Shown here: positions 18,562-29,455 of the stretch, piece by piece | How positions within the stretch are numbered: the first letter of the stretch is position 1 | Layout: each line of letters begins with the position of its first letter | Source of the DNA: Candidatus Eiseniibacteriota bacterium | GTDB taxonomy: Bacteria > Eisenbacteria > RBG-16-71-46 > JABDJR01 | DNA length: 64,000 bases | Reading direction: 5' to 3' | NCBI GenBank assembly: GCA_963783375.1 | Contig: CAWANH010000029.1 | Span: 480,001 to 544,000, forward strand | Position numbers and translations under genes: made by a program | The notes under the pieces: generated by a model | Told to the model about the DNA's origin: nothing | Databases searched by the model: none | The model's input: only the letters and a program-made list of their open reading frames with translations

Positions 18562-19443
18562 ATGAGGCACCTTCCCCGCCCCCGCTTCGTTTCACTTCTG
18601 GGGGCGACGCTTGCGACCGGGGCGTTGCTCATGTCGGCGGCGCCGCCGGCCGCCGCCCATGAGGGCCTGGACGCCCAGATCGCCGAACTCACCGCCGCCC
18701 TGGCCGCCGCGCCGTCCGCGGATCGCTACCTGGTTCGCGGCGAACTCTACCGGCTGGACCGGGACTGGGACCGCGCGGAATCCGACTATGCCCGGGCCGA
18801 GACCCTCGATCCGGGGCTGGATGCCGTCCAGGTGGCCCGAGCCGCCATGGATGCCGACCGGGGGCGGTTCTACCCCGCGCAGGCCCGACTGGGCCGGTTC
18901 CTCTCCCAACACCCCGACCGGCCCGACGCGCTCGAGCTTCGCCACCGGACCCGGTTGGCCCTGGGAGACACCCTCGGGGCTCTCGAGGATCTGAATTGCT
19001 TCCTGGCCGCCGCGCCGTCGCCGCCCCCCGGGGCCTATCTGGAACGGGCCACCCTTCAGATCGCTCTGGATCCGGAGGACCTCCGATCGGTGGTTCAGGG
19101 TCTGGATGAAGGCATCTCGCGTTTTGGCCCCCTGGCCGTCCTGGAGCTTCGCGCGGTGGACCTGGAGAGCGCCCGCGGGGACTTCGCCGCCGCCCTGGAC
19201 CGGCTCGACCGGCTGGCTCCCCAGTACGCCCGCCCTGAGGCCCTTCTGGCGCGCCGGGGAGAGCTCCTGAAGGGCGCGGGACGGGACCTGGAGGCCGGGG
19301 CGGCCTGGACGGAGGCGCTTGGCCTCCTGGAGGCCCGCCCGCATCCCTCCCCCGTCGATCTGGCCCTGGCCGGCCGTCTCCGAGGGCTCCTGGAAGCCTC
19401 GCGGGACGATGCAAACCCCTCATCCCCGGAAGGCTCCCGATGA
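18562..19443 (+). CDS. Exported TPR protein
   Basis: Signal peptide ending ..AAA, mature N-terminus HEGLDAQI, repeated TPR helices. ATGA-coupled to the downstream phosphatase. Confidence 0.7.
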   Translation: MRHLPRPRFVSLLGATLATGALLMSAAPPAAAHEGLDAQIAELTAALAAAPSADRYLVRGELYRLDRDWDRAESDYARAETLDPGLDAVQVARAAMDADRGRFYPAQARLGRFLSQHPDRPDALELRHRTRLALGDTLGALEDLNCFLAAAPSPPPGAYLERATLQIALDPEDLRSVVQGLDEGISRFGPLAVLELRAVDLESARGDFAAALDRLDRLAPQYARPEALLARRGELLKGAGRDLEAGAAWTEALGLLEARPHPSPVDLALAGRLRGLLEASRDDANPSSPEGSR

Positions 19444-21563
19444 ACCGACGGCGAATCACCTCCGGTCTGATCTCGGTTCTCGCCCTGGTTGCCTCCGCGC
19501 CGCTCGCCCGCGCTCAGGAAACCGTGATCCCACAGCACGGCATCTGGCGCTACCAGGCCACCGGGACCGATCTCGGAACCGCCTGGCGGGGGCCGGCCTA
19601 CGTCGACGCCTCCTGGCCCCAGGGGGCCGGCCTCCTGGGCTACGGGGAATCCTATATCGACACCGTCATCCCCTACGGGCCCAGCGCCTCGAACAAGTAC
19701 CGGACCACCTACTTCCGCTTCACCTTCAACCTGAACCTGGATCCCGGGGACGTCACAAGCCTCAGGATGACCGCAAATTACGACGATGGCTTCGTGGCCT
19801 ACCTGAATGGGACGGAAATCGCGCGGCGCGCCATGCCCGCCGGGACCGTGGTCTATGCCACCTTCGCCTCCAGCCATGAAAGCGGAACCTACGAGACCGT
19901 GGACCTGACCGGGGCCGCCGGGGAACTCGTGCCGGGAGCGAACGTTCTCGCGGTGGAGGTGCACCAGACCAGCGCCGGGAGCAGCGACCTGGCCTGGGAC
20001 GCCTGGCTCACCGTATCCACCCTTCCCGCCCTGGTCACCCGGGGGCCGTATCTCCAGGTCGGCACCCCCGCCGGGGTGATCGTCCGGTGGAGGACCGACG
20101 TCCTCACCTCGAGCCGGGTCCGCTACGGGGACGACCCGGCCGCGCTCACCTACTCGGTTCAGGACACCGTTGCGACCACCGAGCACGAGATGGCGCTCAC
20201 CGGCCTCGCCCCGGAGACCCGGGTGTTCTACGCCGTGGGCACCCTGGACACCACCCTTGCCGGCGACTCCACCTACGCATTCACCACCGCGCCCCCGGCC
20301 GGAACCCGCCGCCCGGTCCGGGCCTGGATCATCGGGGACTCGGGGACCGCGGACGCGAACGCCGCCGCGGTGCGCGACGCCTACCTGGCCTACGCCGGCG
20401 CCCACCCGGCCGATCTCTGGCTCATGCTCGGGGACAATGCCTACACCGCGGGAACCGACGCCCAGTACCAGGCCGCGGTCTTCGACACCTACCCCGCGGT
20501 CCTCCGGAGCACCGTCCTCTGGCCCACCCGCGGCAACCACGATCAGCTCTACTCGGGGACGGGAAACGACTATTACGACATCTTCACCCTTCCCACCGCG
20601 GGCCAGGCGGGGGGGCTCGCCTCCGGCACCGAGGCCTACTACTCCTTCGACTACGCCGACGTTCACTTCGTCTGCCTGGACTCCGAGGGCTCCAACCTCT
20701 CTCCCGGCTCGGCCATGTTCACCTGGCTGGCCGACGATCTGGCCGCCACCGATCAGGACTGGTTGCTGGCCTTCTGGCACCATCCCCCCTACACCAAGGG
20801 TTCCCACGATTCAGACAACGACGGGGACAGCGGAGGGCGGATGCGCGACATGCGCGAGAACGCGCTCCCGGTGCTGGAGGCGGGCGGCGTGGACCTGGTC
20901 CTCTCCGGCCACAGCCATTCCTACGAACGGTCGATGCTGCTCGACGGCCACTACGGGTATTCCTGGACCCTGGCCGACAGCATGAAGGTGGATCCCGGAG
21001 ACGGCCGCCTCGACGGCGATGGGGCCTACCGGAAGCCGTCCCAGGGCCCCGCCCCCCACGAGGGGGCGGTATACGTGGTGGCGGGAAGCTCGGGGAAGAC
21101 CAGCGGCGGGTCCTTGAATCATCCGGTGATGCTGGTGAACCGGAACGTCCTGGGGTCGGTGATCCTGGATGTGGACGGCGACCAGCTCGACGCGGTGTTC
21201 CTCGACGCCGCGGGCGCGCCCGAGGACCATTTCACCGTGGTCAAGGGAACCGCGGTGGGGATCGGCGACCCGCCCCTTCCGGTCGCCGGGCCGACCCTGG
21301 AAACCGCCCGCCCCAACCCGTTCTCCCATCGGGCGCGCATTCGCTACACCCTCCCCGCGGCGGGCCGGGTGGAGATCGCGGTGTTCGACGTCTCGGGGCG
21401 GCGGGTGGCCACCCTGGTGGACGGGTCGCGGCCGGCCGGGGAACACGAAACCGTGTGGGACGGACGCGACGAAGCCGGGAGGACGGCGGTCCCCGGGGTC
21501 TACTTCACCGTGCTGGATCTCGGCGGGGAGCGACGGGTGCGGAAGCTGGTCCTCAGCCGGTGA
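19440..21563 (+). CDS. Secreted purple-acid-phosphatase-like metallophosphoesterase with N-terminal beta-sandwich/FN3 domains and C-terminal FlgD-Ig/T9SS-like domain
   Basis: Motifs GDSG, GDNAY, GNHD, WHHP, GHSH are all present. C-terminus PNPFS..IRY.L...FDVSGRRV..WDGRD..G..PGVYF...RKLVL. Confidence 0.85.
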   Translation: MNRRRITSGLISVLALVASAPLARAQETVIPQHGIWRYQATGTDLGTAWRGPAYVDASWPQGAGLLGYGESYIDTVIPYGPSASNKYRTTYFRFTFNLNLDPGDVTSLRMTANYDDGFVAYLNGTEIARRAMPAGTVVYATFASSHESGTYETVDLTGAAGELVPGANVLAVEVHQTSAGSSDLAWDAWLTVSTLPALVTRGPYLQVGTPAGVIVRWRTDVLTSSRVRYGDDPAALTYSVQDTVATTEHEMALTGLAPETRVFYAVGTLDTTLAGDSTYAFTTAPPAGTRRPVRAWIIGDSGTADANAAAVRDAYLAYAGAHPADLWLMLGDNAYTAGTDAQYQAAVFDTYPAVLRSTVLWPTRGNHDQLYSGTGNDYYDIFTLPTAGQAGGLASGTEAYYSFDYADVHFVCLDSEGSNLSPGSAMFTWLADDLAATDQDWLLAFWHHPPYTKGSHDSDNDGDSGGRMRDMRENALPVLEAGGVDLVLSGHSHSYERSMLLDGHYGYSWTLADSMKVDPGDGRLDGDGAYRKPSQGPAPHEGAVYVVAGSSGKTSGGSLNHPVMLVNRNVLGSVILDVDGDQLDAVFLDAAGAPEDHFTVVKGTAVGIGDPPLPVAGPTLETARPNPFSHRARIRYTLPAAGRVEIAVFDVSGRRVATLVDGSRPAGEHETVWDGRDEAGRTAVPGVYFTVLDLGGERRVRKLVLSR

Positions 21564-21652
21564 TCCCATGAAGCATTCATCCCGGGCGAACGTCCGCTCC
21601 CCGGGACCGGGTCCCGGTTCCCGGCTCGCTTCTCGCCGAGGCGGCGAGACCG

Positions 21653-23593
21653 TCACGCCGCGCTGGATCCGCCGTCACCACCCTCCAGGCGGACCGCACC
21701 GGCCACCGCGCCGGCGTCCACCCCGAAGCGCCGGCACCAGTTCTCGAACATGACCAGGGCCCAGACCGCCGGCCCCCAGTTCCGGCGGCCGCTCGCGTGC
21801 TCCCCGAGTACCCGCTCCAAGGCGTCCCGGCGGAGCACGGCCCGGGAGCGTCCCTCCGGCGCCAGCACCAGGCTGCGGGCATAGCCCACCAGGTCGTCCC
21901 GGAACCATGCGTTCAGGGGAACCACGAACCCCTGCTTGGGGCGGTTGACGAACTCCTCGGAGAGATGGTGGGCGAGAATCGTCTTCAGGAGATGTTTGCT
22001 CCGGAGCTCGGGCATCTTGACCGGAAACGGAATGCGGTTCACCAGCTCCGCGACCCGGTGGTCCAGGAACGGTGTCCGGACCTCCAGGGAGCTGGCCATG
22101 CTCATCCGGTCCACCTTGACCAGCATGTCGTCCACCAGGGAGTTCTCTCGTTGCCAGGCCGCGATGGCCTCGAGAGGCGAGGCGAACGCCGCGAAACGGC
22201 GGCGGAACCCCTCGCCCTCCCGGCCGGTCTCCCCCGCCACCCAATTCCCCTCCGCGAACCCGGCCAGGACGTTCGAGCGGAAGATCATCTGCTGCTTGTC
22301 CCGGAAGCGGAGCGGGGCCTCGCGGCCGGCGTCTCGGAGGTTCCGGGCTGCCCGCTCCAGCCGCTCCCTGCGCTCCCCACCCAGCCGGCCGGTCCGGTCC
22401 AGGACCCCCGCCCCCGCCCGGAGCACCGACGACGGAAGCCGCCGCACCCGCTCGCTCAGGACGTGGCCCCGGTAGACGTCGTAGCCCGCGAACATCTCGT
22501 CCCCCCCGTCTCCGGAGAGAGCCACCTTCACGTGCTCCCGGGTGAGGCGGGAGAGAAAGAACGTCGGGAGGGCGGAGCTGTCGGCGAAGGGCTCGTCCAG
22601 GTGCCAGGCCAGCTCCTCGGCGACCTCCACCCCTTCCGGTCGCAGCACGAACTCGTGGTGCCGGGTGCCGAAGCGCTCGGCCACCTCGCGGGCGTAGGGT
22701 CGCTCGTCGTAGCGCGGCTCCTCGAACCCGATGGCGAAGGTCTCCATCCTTCCCGGGGCCACCTCCGCCCCCAGGCTCACCACCAGGCTGGAGTCGATCC
22801 CCCCGCTCAGGAAGAACCCCAGGGGGACGTCGCTCACCAACCGCATCCGCACCGAGTCCCGGAGGAGATCCTCGGTTTCGCGCAGCGCCTCGGCGGGATC
22901 GGTGATGCCGGAGACGGGCTCGCTCGGAGTCCAGTAGCGCCAGGTGCGCGAGCCCTTAGGGGACCAGGTGAACGCGTGGCCGGGCTGGAGCCGGCGCGTC
23001 CCGGCGAAGATCGTGCCCGGCCCGGACACGTACCCCCGGGTGAAGTACTGGTAGAGGGCCCGGCGGTCCACCGACCCCACCGCCGCTCCCCCCTCAACCA
23101 GGGCCTTGAGCTCCGACGCGAAGCAGAGCTCGAGTCCGGTCTCGCACAGATACAGCGGTTTCTCGCCGAAACGGTCCCGGGCCGCGAAGACCTCCCCGGT
23201 GCGCCCGTCGTGAATCACGAAGGCGAACATGCCGTTCAACCGCTCCGGGCAGGCCTTTCCCCACTCCAGGTAGGCGGCGAGGAGGACCTCGGTGTCGGAG
23301 CGTCCGGAGACCGCGTGTCCGAGCAGGGCCAGCTCCTCGCCCAGCTCGCGGAAATTGTAGATCTCGCCGTTGAAGACGATTCGGACCTGTCCGGAGGCAT
23401 CGGCCATGGGTTGGCGGCCGCCCACCAGATCGATGATGGTCAACCGCCGATGGACCAGTCCCACCCGGCCTTCCACCTGGATCCCCTCGTCGTCGGGGCC
23501 ACGGTGGCCGAGAGCGACGCTCATGCGCCGGAGGCGGTCGGGGTCGGGGAACCGTCCCTCCCGTTTCTCCACGATGCCGGCGATGCCGCACAT
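21653..23593 (-). CDS. asnB: Asparagine synthase (glutamine-hydrolysing) family amidotransferase, polysaccharide-associated type
   Basis: MCGIAG, HRGPD, FNGEIYN, RDRFGEKPLY, LSGGIDSS, LSGDGGDEMFAGY, KVDRMSMASSLEVRTPFLD. Confidence 0.9.
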   Translation of the reverse strand: MCGIAGIVEKREGRFPDPDRLRRMSVALGHRGPDDEGIQVEGRVGLVHRRLTIIDLVGGRQPMADASGQVRIVFNGEIYNFRELGEELALLGHAVSGRSDTEVLLAAYLEWGKACPERLNGMFAFVIHDGRTGEVFAARDRFGEKPLYLCETGLELCFASELKALVEGGAAVGSVDRRALYQYFTRGYVSGPGTIFAGTRRLQPGHAFTWSPKGSRTWRYWTPSEPVSGITDPAEALRETEDLLRDSVRMRLVSDVPLGFFLSGGIDSSLVVSLGAEVAPGRMETFAIGFEEPRYDERPYAREVAERFGTRHHEFVLRPEGVEVAEELAWHLDEPFADSSALPTFFLSRLTREHVKVALSGDGGDEMFAGYDVYRGHVLSERVRRLPSSVLRAGAGVLDRTGRLGGERRERLERAARNLRDAGREAPLRFRDKQQMIFRSNVLAGFAEGNWVAGETGREGEGFRRRFAAFASPLEAIAAWQRENSLVDDMLVKVDRMSMASSLEVRTPFLDHRVAELVNRIPFPVKMPELRSKHLLKTILAHHLSEEFVNRPKQGFVVPLNAWFRDDLVGYARSLVLAPEGRSRAVLRRDALERVLGEHASGRRNWGPAVWALVMFENWCRRFGVDAGAVAGAVRLEGGDGGSSAA

Positions 23594-23646
23594 GGGGAGC
23601 TAGCGACCCGCCCGGGAGCGGGAGGCGCGGCCCGGATCGGCGCCGC

Positions 23647-26214
23647 TCACCGGGCGGGCACCAGGTTCACGAGCTTCCCGGGGACGTAGATCGCCTTGGC
23701 CGGCTCCTTCCCCCCGAGGTGCTCCCTCACGTTCTCGTCGGCCATGGCCAGCCCCAGGGCCTCGTCGCGGGTCGCGCCGACCGGGGTTTCGATGCGGGCG
23801 CGGAGCTTCCCCCCCACCTGCACCACCAGGGTGAACGTCTCGCGGCGAAGGGCGGCGGGATCGTGCCGCGGGATCGGGGCGTGGAAGATCGATCCCTCGT
23901 GGCCGGTCCGTTCCCAGAGCTCCTCGCTCACGAAGGGGGCCATCGGGGCCAGGAGCACCAGGAGCCGGTCCACCGCTTCCCGGAGCGCGGCCCCGTCGGC
24001 ATTGTCGGGACCGGGGCGGAAGCTCGCGTCCTGGACGGTGATGGACAGGGTGTTCACCAGCTCCATGAGCGCGGCGATGGCGGTGTTCATCTGGAACCGG
24101 TCCAGGTCCCCGTTCACCTTCTCGATCGTTTCGTGGATCTTTCGGTGAAGCTCGAGCGCCGGAGCCTCCAGCCCCCCTGCGTCCACCGGGGTCTCCGGCG
24201 GGGCCAGCCGGGGCACATGCTCCTCCGCGAGCCTCCAGAGCCGGGAGAGAAAGCGCCAGGCCCCCTCCACCCCGCGGTCGTCCCACTCCGCGTCCTTGTC
24301 CGGGGGTCCGATGAAGAGGGTGTACACCCGCACCGTGTCCGCCCCGTAACGCGCGATGAGCTCGCGGGGGGCTACCACGTTCCCCTTGGACTTGGACATC
24401 TTCTCCAGGCGCCCGGTCTTGGGGCTCACCTTGGTGATCATGCCCTGGGTGAAGAGCCGGGCGAAGGGTTCGCGGAAGTTCGTGAGACCCAGGTCGGCGA
24501 ACACCTTGGTGAAGAACCGGGCGTACATGAGGTGGAGAATGGCGTGCTCCACCCCGCCGATGTACTGATCCACCGGAAGCCACCGGTTGGCCAGCTCCAC
24601 ATCCCAGGCCCGCGTTTCGTCCCGCGGCGAGAGGTAGCGCAGGAAGTACCAGGACGAATCCACGAAGGTGTCCATGGTGTCGGTCTCACGGACGGCCGGG
24701 CCCCCGCACTTCGGGCAGGTGGTGTGCTTGAACGAGGGATGTCGGGCCAGGGGGCTCTCCCCCTTGGGCTGGAAGTCGGCGTCCATGGGGAGCAGCACCG
24801 GGAGATCCTGCTCCGGCACCGGAACCGTGCCGTCCTTCTCGCAGTAGACGATGGGGATCGGCGCCCCCCAGTACCGCTGGCGGGAGATGAGCCAGTCCCG
24901 CAGCCGATAGGTCACGGTGAACTCCCCGTCGCCGTCGTCGGCCAGCCACTCGCCGATCTTCCGGATGGCGTCGTCACCCGGGAGCCCATCGAAGGAACCG
25001 GAGTTCACCAGGGTTCCCGGGCCGACCCATGCCGCGGTGAGGTCCTCCCCCCGGCCGCTCGCGGTCCCGGGGGCGTCCTCGGGGTTCCGGATGACCGTCC
25101 GGACGGGCAGGCCGTACTTCTTCGCGAAAGCGAAATCCCGATCGTCATGAGCCGGGACCGCCATCACCGCCCCGGTTCCGTATTCCATCAGCACGTAGTT
25201 GGCCACCCAGATCGGAACGGCCTCCCGGCTGATCGGGTTCACCACGGTATGGCCGGTGTCGAAGCCGGTCTTCTCCAGATCGGGATCGGCCTGGCGGGCG
25301 GTGCGCTGGTTCTTCATCCCCGCGACCTCGGCCAGAAGGCGCTCCCGCTCGGGGTGATCGGCGAGAAGTTCCTCCACCAGGGGGTGCTCGGGGGCCAGGA
25401 CCACGTAGGTCACCCCGCCCAGGGTGTCGATCCGGGTGGTGAAGCACTCTATCTCCGTCCCCGCTCCGGAGCGGTGGAACCGGATGGTGACCCCTTCGCT
25501 TCGCCCGATCCAGTTCCGTTGCATGGTGCGGACGCGTTCCGGCCATTCGTCCAGCCGGTCGAGGTCGTCGAGGAGATCCTGGGCGTAGCGGGTGGTCTTG
25601 AAGAACCACTGGGAGAGCTGCTTCTGCTCCACCGGGGTGCCGCAACGCTCGCAGGCCCCGTCCACCACCTGCTCGTTGGCCAGCACCGTGGCGCAGGACG
25701 GACACCAGTTGACCGGAGCGCTCCGCTTCTCGGCCAGGCCCCGTTCGAAGAGCTGGAGGAAGATCCACTGGGTCCAGCGATAGTAGCCGGGGTGGCAGGC
25801 GGCGATCTCCCGGGACCAGTCCAGGCCGATCCCCCACTCCTCGAACTGGGCCTTGAAGGCCACAATGTTGTCCCGGGTCCACTTCAGGGGATGAATGCCC
25901 CGCTGGATGGCCGCGTTCTCCGCCGGAAGGCCGAAGGCGTCGAAGCCCATGGGAGCCAGGACCTCGTACCCCTCCATGAGCTTCCGCCGGACCACCACGT
26001 CCCCGAGGATGTAGTTCCGGCCGTGCCCGACGTGGAGGTCCCCCGAAGGGTAGGGAAACATGTTCAGGCAGTAGTACTTGGTCTTGGGGGAATCGGTGTC
26101 GCACCGAAAGAGCCCTTCGCGCTCCCACCGCTCCCGCCACCTGGGCTCGAACTCCCGAAAAGGAGGATTCCGACCTATGTCCCCGGCGCGATCCGGGGCC
26201 GGTTTCCGTGCCAC
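23647..26214 (-). CDS. leuS: Leucine--tRNA ligase
   Basis: [13 protein letters not shown], editing domain [31 protein letters not shown]. Confidence 0.97.
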   Translation of the reverse strand: MARKPAPDRAGDIGRNPPFREFEPRWRERWEREGLFRCDTDSPKTKYYCLNMFPYPSGDLHVGHGRNYILGDVVVRRKLMEGYEVLAPMGFDAFGLPAENAAIQRGIHPLKWTRDNIVAFKAQFEEWGIGLDWSREIAACHPGYYRWTQWIFLQLFERGLAEKRSAPVNWCPSCATVLANEQVVDGACERCGTPVEQKQLSQWFFKTTRYAQDLLDDLDRLDEWPERVRTMQRNWIGRSEGVTIRFHRSGAGTEIECFTTRIDTLGGVTYVVLAPEHPLVEELLADHPERERLLAEVAGMKNQRTARQADPDLEKTGFDTGHTVVNPISREAVPIWVANYVLMEYGTGAVMAVPAHDDRDFAFAKKYGLPVRTVIRNPEDAPGTASGRGEDLTAAWVGPGTLVNSGSFDGLPGDDAIRKIGEWLADDGDGEFTVTYRLRDWLISRQRYWGAPIPIVYCEKDGTVPVPEQDLPVLLPMDADFQPKGESPLARHPSFKHTTCPKCGGPAVRETDTMDTFVDSSWYFLRYLSPRDETRAWDVELANRWLPVDQYIGGVEHAILHLMYARFFTKVFADLGLTNFREPFARLFTQGMITKVSPKTGRLEKMSKSKGNVVAPRELIARYGADTVRVYTLFIGPPDKDAEWDDRGVEGAWRFLSRLWRLAEEHVPRLAPPETPVDAGGLEAPALELHRKIHETIEKVNGDLDRFQMNTAIAALMELVNTLSITVQDASFRPGPDNADGAALREAVDRLLVLLAPMAPFVSEELWERTGHEGSIFHAPIPRHDPAALRRETFTLVVQVGGKLRARIETPVGATRDEALGLAMADENVREHLGGKEPAKAIYVPGKLVNLVPAR

Positions 26215-26215
26215 C

Positions 26216-27082
26216 TCAGCCCTGCCCTTCGTGGTTCGGGATCGTCTCGGCCAACCGTTCGGCCTCGTGCTTGATGTACTCCATCGAGGTTGCGGCCGCC
26301 GCCTCCCGGAGCTTCTCCAGCCCCTCGGCGCGGTTTCCGGTTCGGATCAAGGACACCCCGTAGAAGAAGAGCGCCTGGTCACGCCGGTCGGCTGCGGGAT
26401 GAGCGTCGAGGAACGCGGTCAAGAGCGGCAGCGCGGCGCTGTCCTCTCCGGCGTAGACCCGGGAGACCGCCAGGTCCAGTTCCGCGTCGACCCCCACCCC
26501 CCCGGCGTCGCCGGCATCCAGGTCCCGCGCCCGCGACAGAGCGGTCCGGGCCTCGTCGTAGCGGCCCAAGGCCAGGAGCACATCCCCCAGGGCATAGACC
26601 GCCCGGGGATCGTCGGGGGCGGCGGCAGCCGCGCCGCGGACATCCCGGAGGGGCTCGGCACGGCCCATCGCCTGGGCGAGGGCGGCCACGAACGGTTCGG
26701 GGGGCTGGTAACCCACGATCCGCCCGACCTCCTTTCCCCACCGGCTGAGCACCACCGTGGTTGGGTACCCCCGGACCCGGAAGAGGGCGGCCAGGCTCCG
26801 CTCCTTGTCCCCGTTCACCCGCACCGGCACGAAGCTCCCGGAGAGATCCCGGAACCGCGGATCGGTGAAGGTGGTGCGCTCGAGCTTTCGGCACCAGCCG
26901 CACCAATCGGTGTAAAAGGTGAGGACCACGGGGCGGCGGGTGAGGAGCGCATCCTCCAGTCCCATCTGGTAGTCGCCCAGCCACTGGACCGCGCGCCCCG
27001 GATCGGCCGCCGAGGTTCCGGCGGACGGCAGGACGGCGCCCAGCAATACGGCGAGCGCACCGGCAAACCATGCTGATCTCAA
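26216..27082 (-). CDS. Exported thioredoxin-fold + TPR protein
   Basis: Signal peptide, [15 protein letters not shown] (cis-Pro loop), C-terminal TPR repeats. Confidence 0.8.
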   Translation of the reverse strand: MRSAWFAGALAVLLGAVLPSAGTSAADPGRAVQWLGDYQMGLEDALLTRRPVVLTFYTDWCGWCRKLERTTFTDPRFRDLSGSFVPVRVNGDKERSLAALFRVRGYPTTVVLSRWGKEVGRIVGYQPPEPFVAALAQAMGRAEPLRDVRGAAAAAPDDPRAVYALGDVLLALGRYDEARTALSRARDLDAGDAGGVGVDAELDLAVSRVYAGEDSAALPLLTAFLDAHPAADRRDQALFFYGVSLIRTGNRAEGLEKLREAAAATSMEYIKHEAERLAETIPNHEGQG

Positions 27083-27271
27083 ACTCGGCTCCCTGCCGGG
27101 GAAACGCCCCCCGGCTCGAATCGTCCCGATGGTGAGCGAATGTAAACGGGGGAGTTTAGCAAATCCCGGGTGCCCTCTCCAGCCGGGCCCCGATTCGCGG
27201 GCGATTGCGGCATCGGCTATACTGTCGGGCTCTTGCCGCCCTTCCCATCACCACGATATCCCGGAGCCCGC

Positions 27272-28381
27272 GTGCGGATCGCCATCCTCACATCCAGCCT
27301 CCCACCCCATCCGATCGGCGGGGCCGAGCACCAGGCCCTCGACACCGCCCGCCGTCTCGGAGAACGAGGGCACCGGGTCACGGTCTACGCCCGGCGATTG
27401 CCCGTCTCCTCTCCCCCGCTCCTCCACGAGGGAAACGTCACCTGGGTGCGCTCCCGGGCCGCGGGCCCCCCCGGCATCCGGTTCGCATCCCATGTGGCGA
27501 GCTTCCTCCGGGACTGGCGCCGGACCGGCGGCCCCAGGCACGAGGTGATCCTGGCCTACCAGATGGTGATCAACGGGCTCCTGGCCACCCTGGCCCCGGC
27601 CCGGGGCGCCCCGGTGGTCACCTGGGTGCGGTGCGAATCCGAGGGGTTCCTCTTTCGGCGGCCGTGGACCCGCCTCCTGGCCCGGAGGGTCCTCGCCCGC
27701 TCGTCACGCCTCCTGTTCCAGGACCGGGCCATCCGGGACCCCGTCCTCGACGCGGCCCGGAGCCGATACGGCGAACCGTTCGCCCGGGCGGTCGCCGCGC
27801 GGACGGAGATCCTCCCCAACGCCATCGAGCTCGGCGGGGAGCCGGACTACCAGGGACGCGCGGGCCTGGTCTTTCTGGGACGGCTCACCCACCAGAAGGG
27901 GCCGGAGGTGCTGATCGAGGCGCTCCGGCGCATGCCCGATCCCCCACCGCTCCGGGTGGTCGGGGACGGGGAGCTTCGCCCCCGCCTGGAGGCGGAGGCC
28001 CGGGGGCTCCCGGTGACCTTCGTGGGCCGGGTCCCCGAGGAACGCGTGGCCGCGGAGATCGCCGGGGCCAGGGCCCTGGTCTTCCCTTCGCGGTGGGAGG
28101 GGTTTCCCAACGCGGTGCTGGAGGCCATGGAGCGCGGCCTCCCGGTGGTGGCCAGCGACGTCGGGGCGGTACGGACCCTGGTCCGGGACGGGGAGACCGG
28201 GGTTCTGGTCCCCCCCGGCGACCCGGCGGCCCTGGCCGGGGCCATCGAACGGTTGCTGGCCGACGAGCCCGCCCGCCGGGGGATGGCGCGGCGCGCCCGG
28301 GACGCGGCGCGTGGCTACGGCTGGAAGGGGCACCTGGACCGGCTGGAGGCCATCCTGGCCGAGGTCACGCGTCACCCTTGA
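27272..28381 (+). CDS. Glycosyltransferase family 4
   Basis: GGAE, FLGRLTHQKG, PSRWEGFPNAVLEAM...PVVASDVG. GTG start inferred; TATACT at 27217-27222. Confidence 0.9.
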   Translation: MRIAILTSSLPPHPIGGAEHQALDTARRLGERGHRVTVYARRLPVSSPPLLHEGNVTWVRSRAAGPPGIRFASHVASFLRDWRRTGGPRHEVILAYQMVINGLLATLAPARGAPVVTWVRCESEGFLFRRPWTRLLARRVLARSSRLLFQDRAIRDPVLDAARSRYGEPFARAVAARTEILPNAIELGGEPDYQGRAGLVFLGRLTHQKGPEVLIEALRRMPDPPPLRVVGDGELRPRLEAEARGLPVTFVGRVPEERVAAEIAGARALVFPSRWEGFPNAVLEAMERGLPVVASDVGAVRTLVRDGETGVLVPPGDPAALAGAIERLLADEPARRGMARRARDAARGYGWKGHLDRLEAILAEVTRHP

Positions 28382-28426
28382 GACCCGGCGGGCGCCCCCC
28401 CCGGCCGCATGCCGTGAGCTACAAAG

Positions 28427-29455
28427 CTAGTCCGTACAAATTGTTAATAGCGTCTCTTCGAGTACGATGCGAGGATTCCGGGGGCTCGATTTCAGGATCC
28501 GGTCGGCGCGGGCCAGGGCGTCGAGACCTCGGGTCAGGGCGGGGCGATCGTACCTGCGGGCGGCGCGCTCGATATCCGGCCACGCCTTGGGCCAGATCCC
28601 CGCCGCCTTTTGCGCCTCCCCGGGTTTCAGCCCCGCGTCGAGGAAGTCGCGCACCCTGGCGATGTTCACCAGGGTGTACATGAGGTTGGCCACGATCCGC
28701 ACCTCGGTGTTGTCCTTGAAGAGAAGGGCGCCGTCGAGCGACTGGAGCGCGCCGGGAAGGTCGCGGGCGGTGACCCGCTCGGTGATCGCGTACAGGAGCT
28801 TCTCGTCCGCCTTCCGCGCGATCACGGTGAGATCGTCGGCGGTCACCGTATCCCGGACCCCGATCGTCAGGGCGACCTTCTCGATTTCCGGGGCCACTTC
28901 GCGGAGCGGCACCTGCCGTCCTCCCCCACCGCCGCAGAGCTCGATCAGTTCCTGGGCGGTCTCCGAATCGCAACGCTTCCCGTGGTCCCGGAAACGGATC
29001 TGGACCCACTTCCGGGTATCCGACTCGAAGGGGGTCCAGAACACGGCCTGGACCGCCCCCGCCGCGACCAGGGCCTTGTGAAAGGAGTCGCCGGGATGGC
29101 GGTCGCCGGAGAGCACCAGAGCCGTCTCCGGGCAGGGGGCGGCGGCGTAGGCCGCAAGGGTCTCCCGTTCGGACTTCCCCAGGGCCTCCAGATCCTTGAT
29201 GAGCACCGCCCTTCGCGGCGAAAGCATGGGAATGGTGCGGCAGGCGGCCAGGATCCCGTCCAGAGGGTCGTTCCCGGCCCGGTACCGGCTCACGTTGAGC
29301 GCGCCCATGCCCTCCCCGGCCACCCGGTCGGCGAGCCTCTGGAAAAGCTCGTCTTTCAGGAAGTCCTCCGGTCCCGACCAGAGCCACACCGGGGGGATCT
29401 CCCCCCGGTCCACCGCCCGGCGGATCACCAACGAGTCCGGTTCCCGGGCCATCAC
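28427..29455 (-). CDS. holA: DNA polymerase III delta subunit
   Basis: PVWLWSGPEDFL, TIPMLSPRRAV, EIEKVAL, ADRILKSS. Follows lptE as is typical. Confidence 0.85.
   Translation of the reverse strand: MMAREPDSLVIRRAVDRGEIPPVWLWSGPEDFLKDELFQRLADRVAGEGMGALNVSRYRAGNDPLDGILAACRTIPMLSPRRAVLIKDLEALGKSERETLAAYAAAPCPETALVLSGDRHPGDSFHKALVAAGAVQAVFWTPFESDTRKWVQIRFRDHGKRCDSETAQELIELCGGGGGRQVPLREVAPEIEKVALTIGVRDTVTADDLTVIARKADEKLLYAITERVTARDLPGALQSLDGALLFKDNTEVRIVANLMYTLVNIARVRDFLDAGLKPGEAQKAAGIWPKAWPDIERAARRYDRPALTRGLDALARADRILKSSPRNPRIVLEETLLTICTD

Noticed and set aside
18465-21652. TPR/phosphatase pair as an IMEX integrated at dif
   Set aside because: No second dif-like site at the right boundary (21564-21652), no replication or mobility genes, and composition matches the host.
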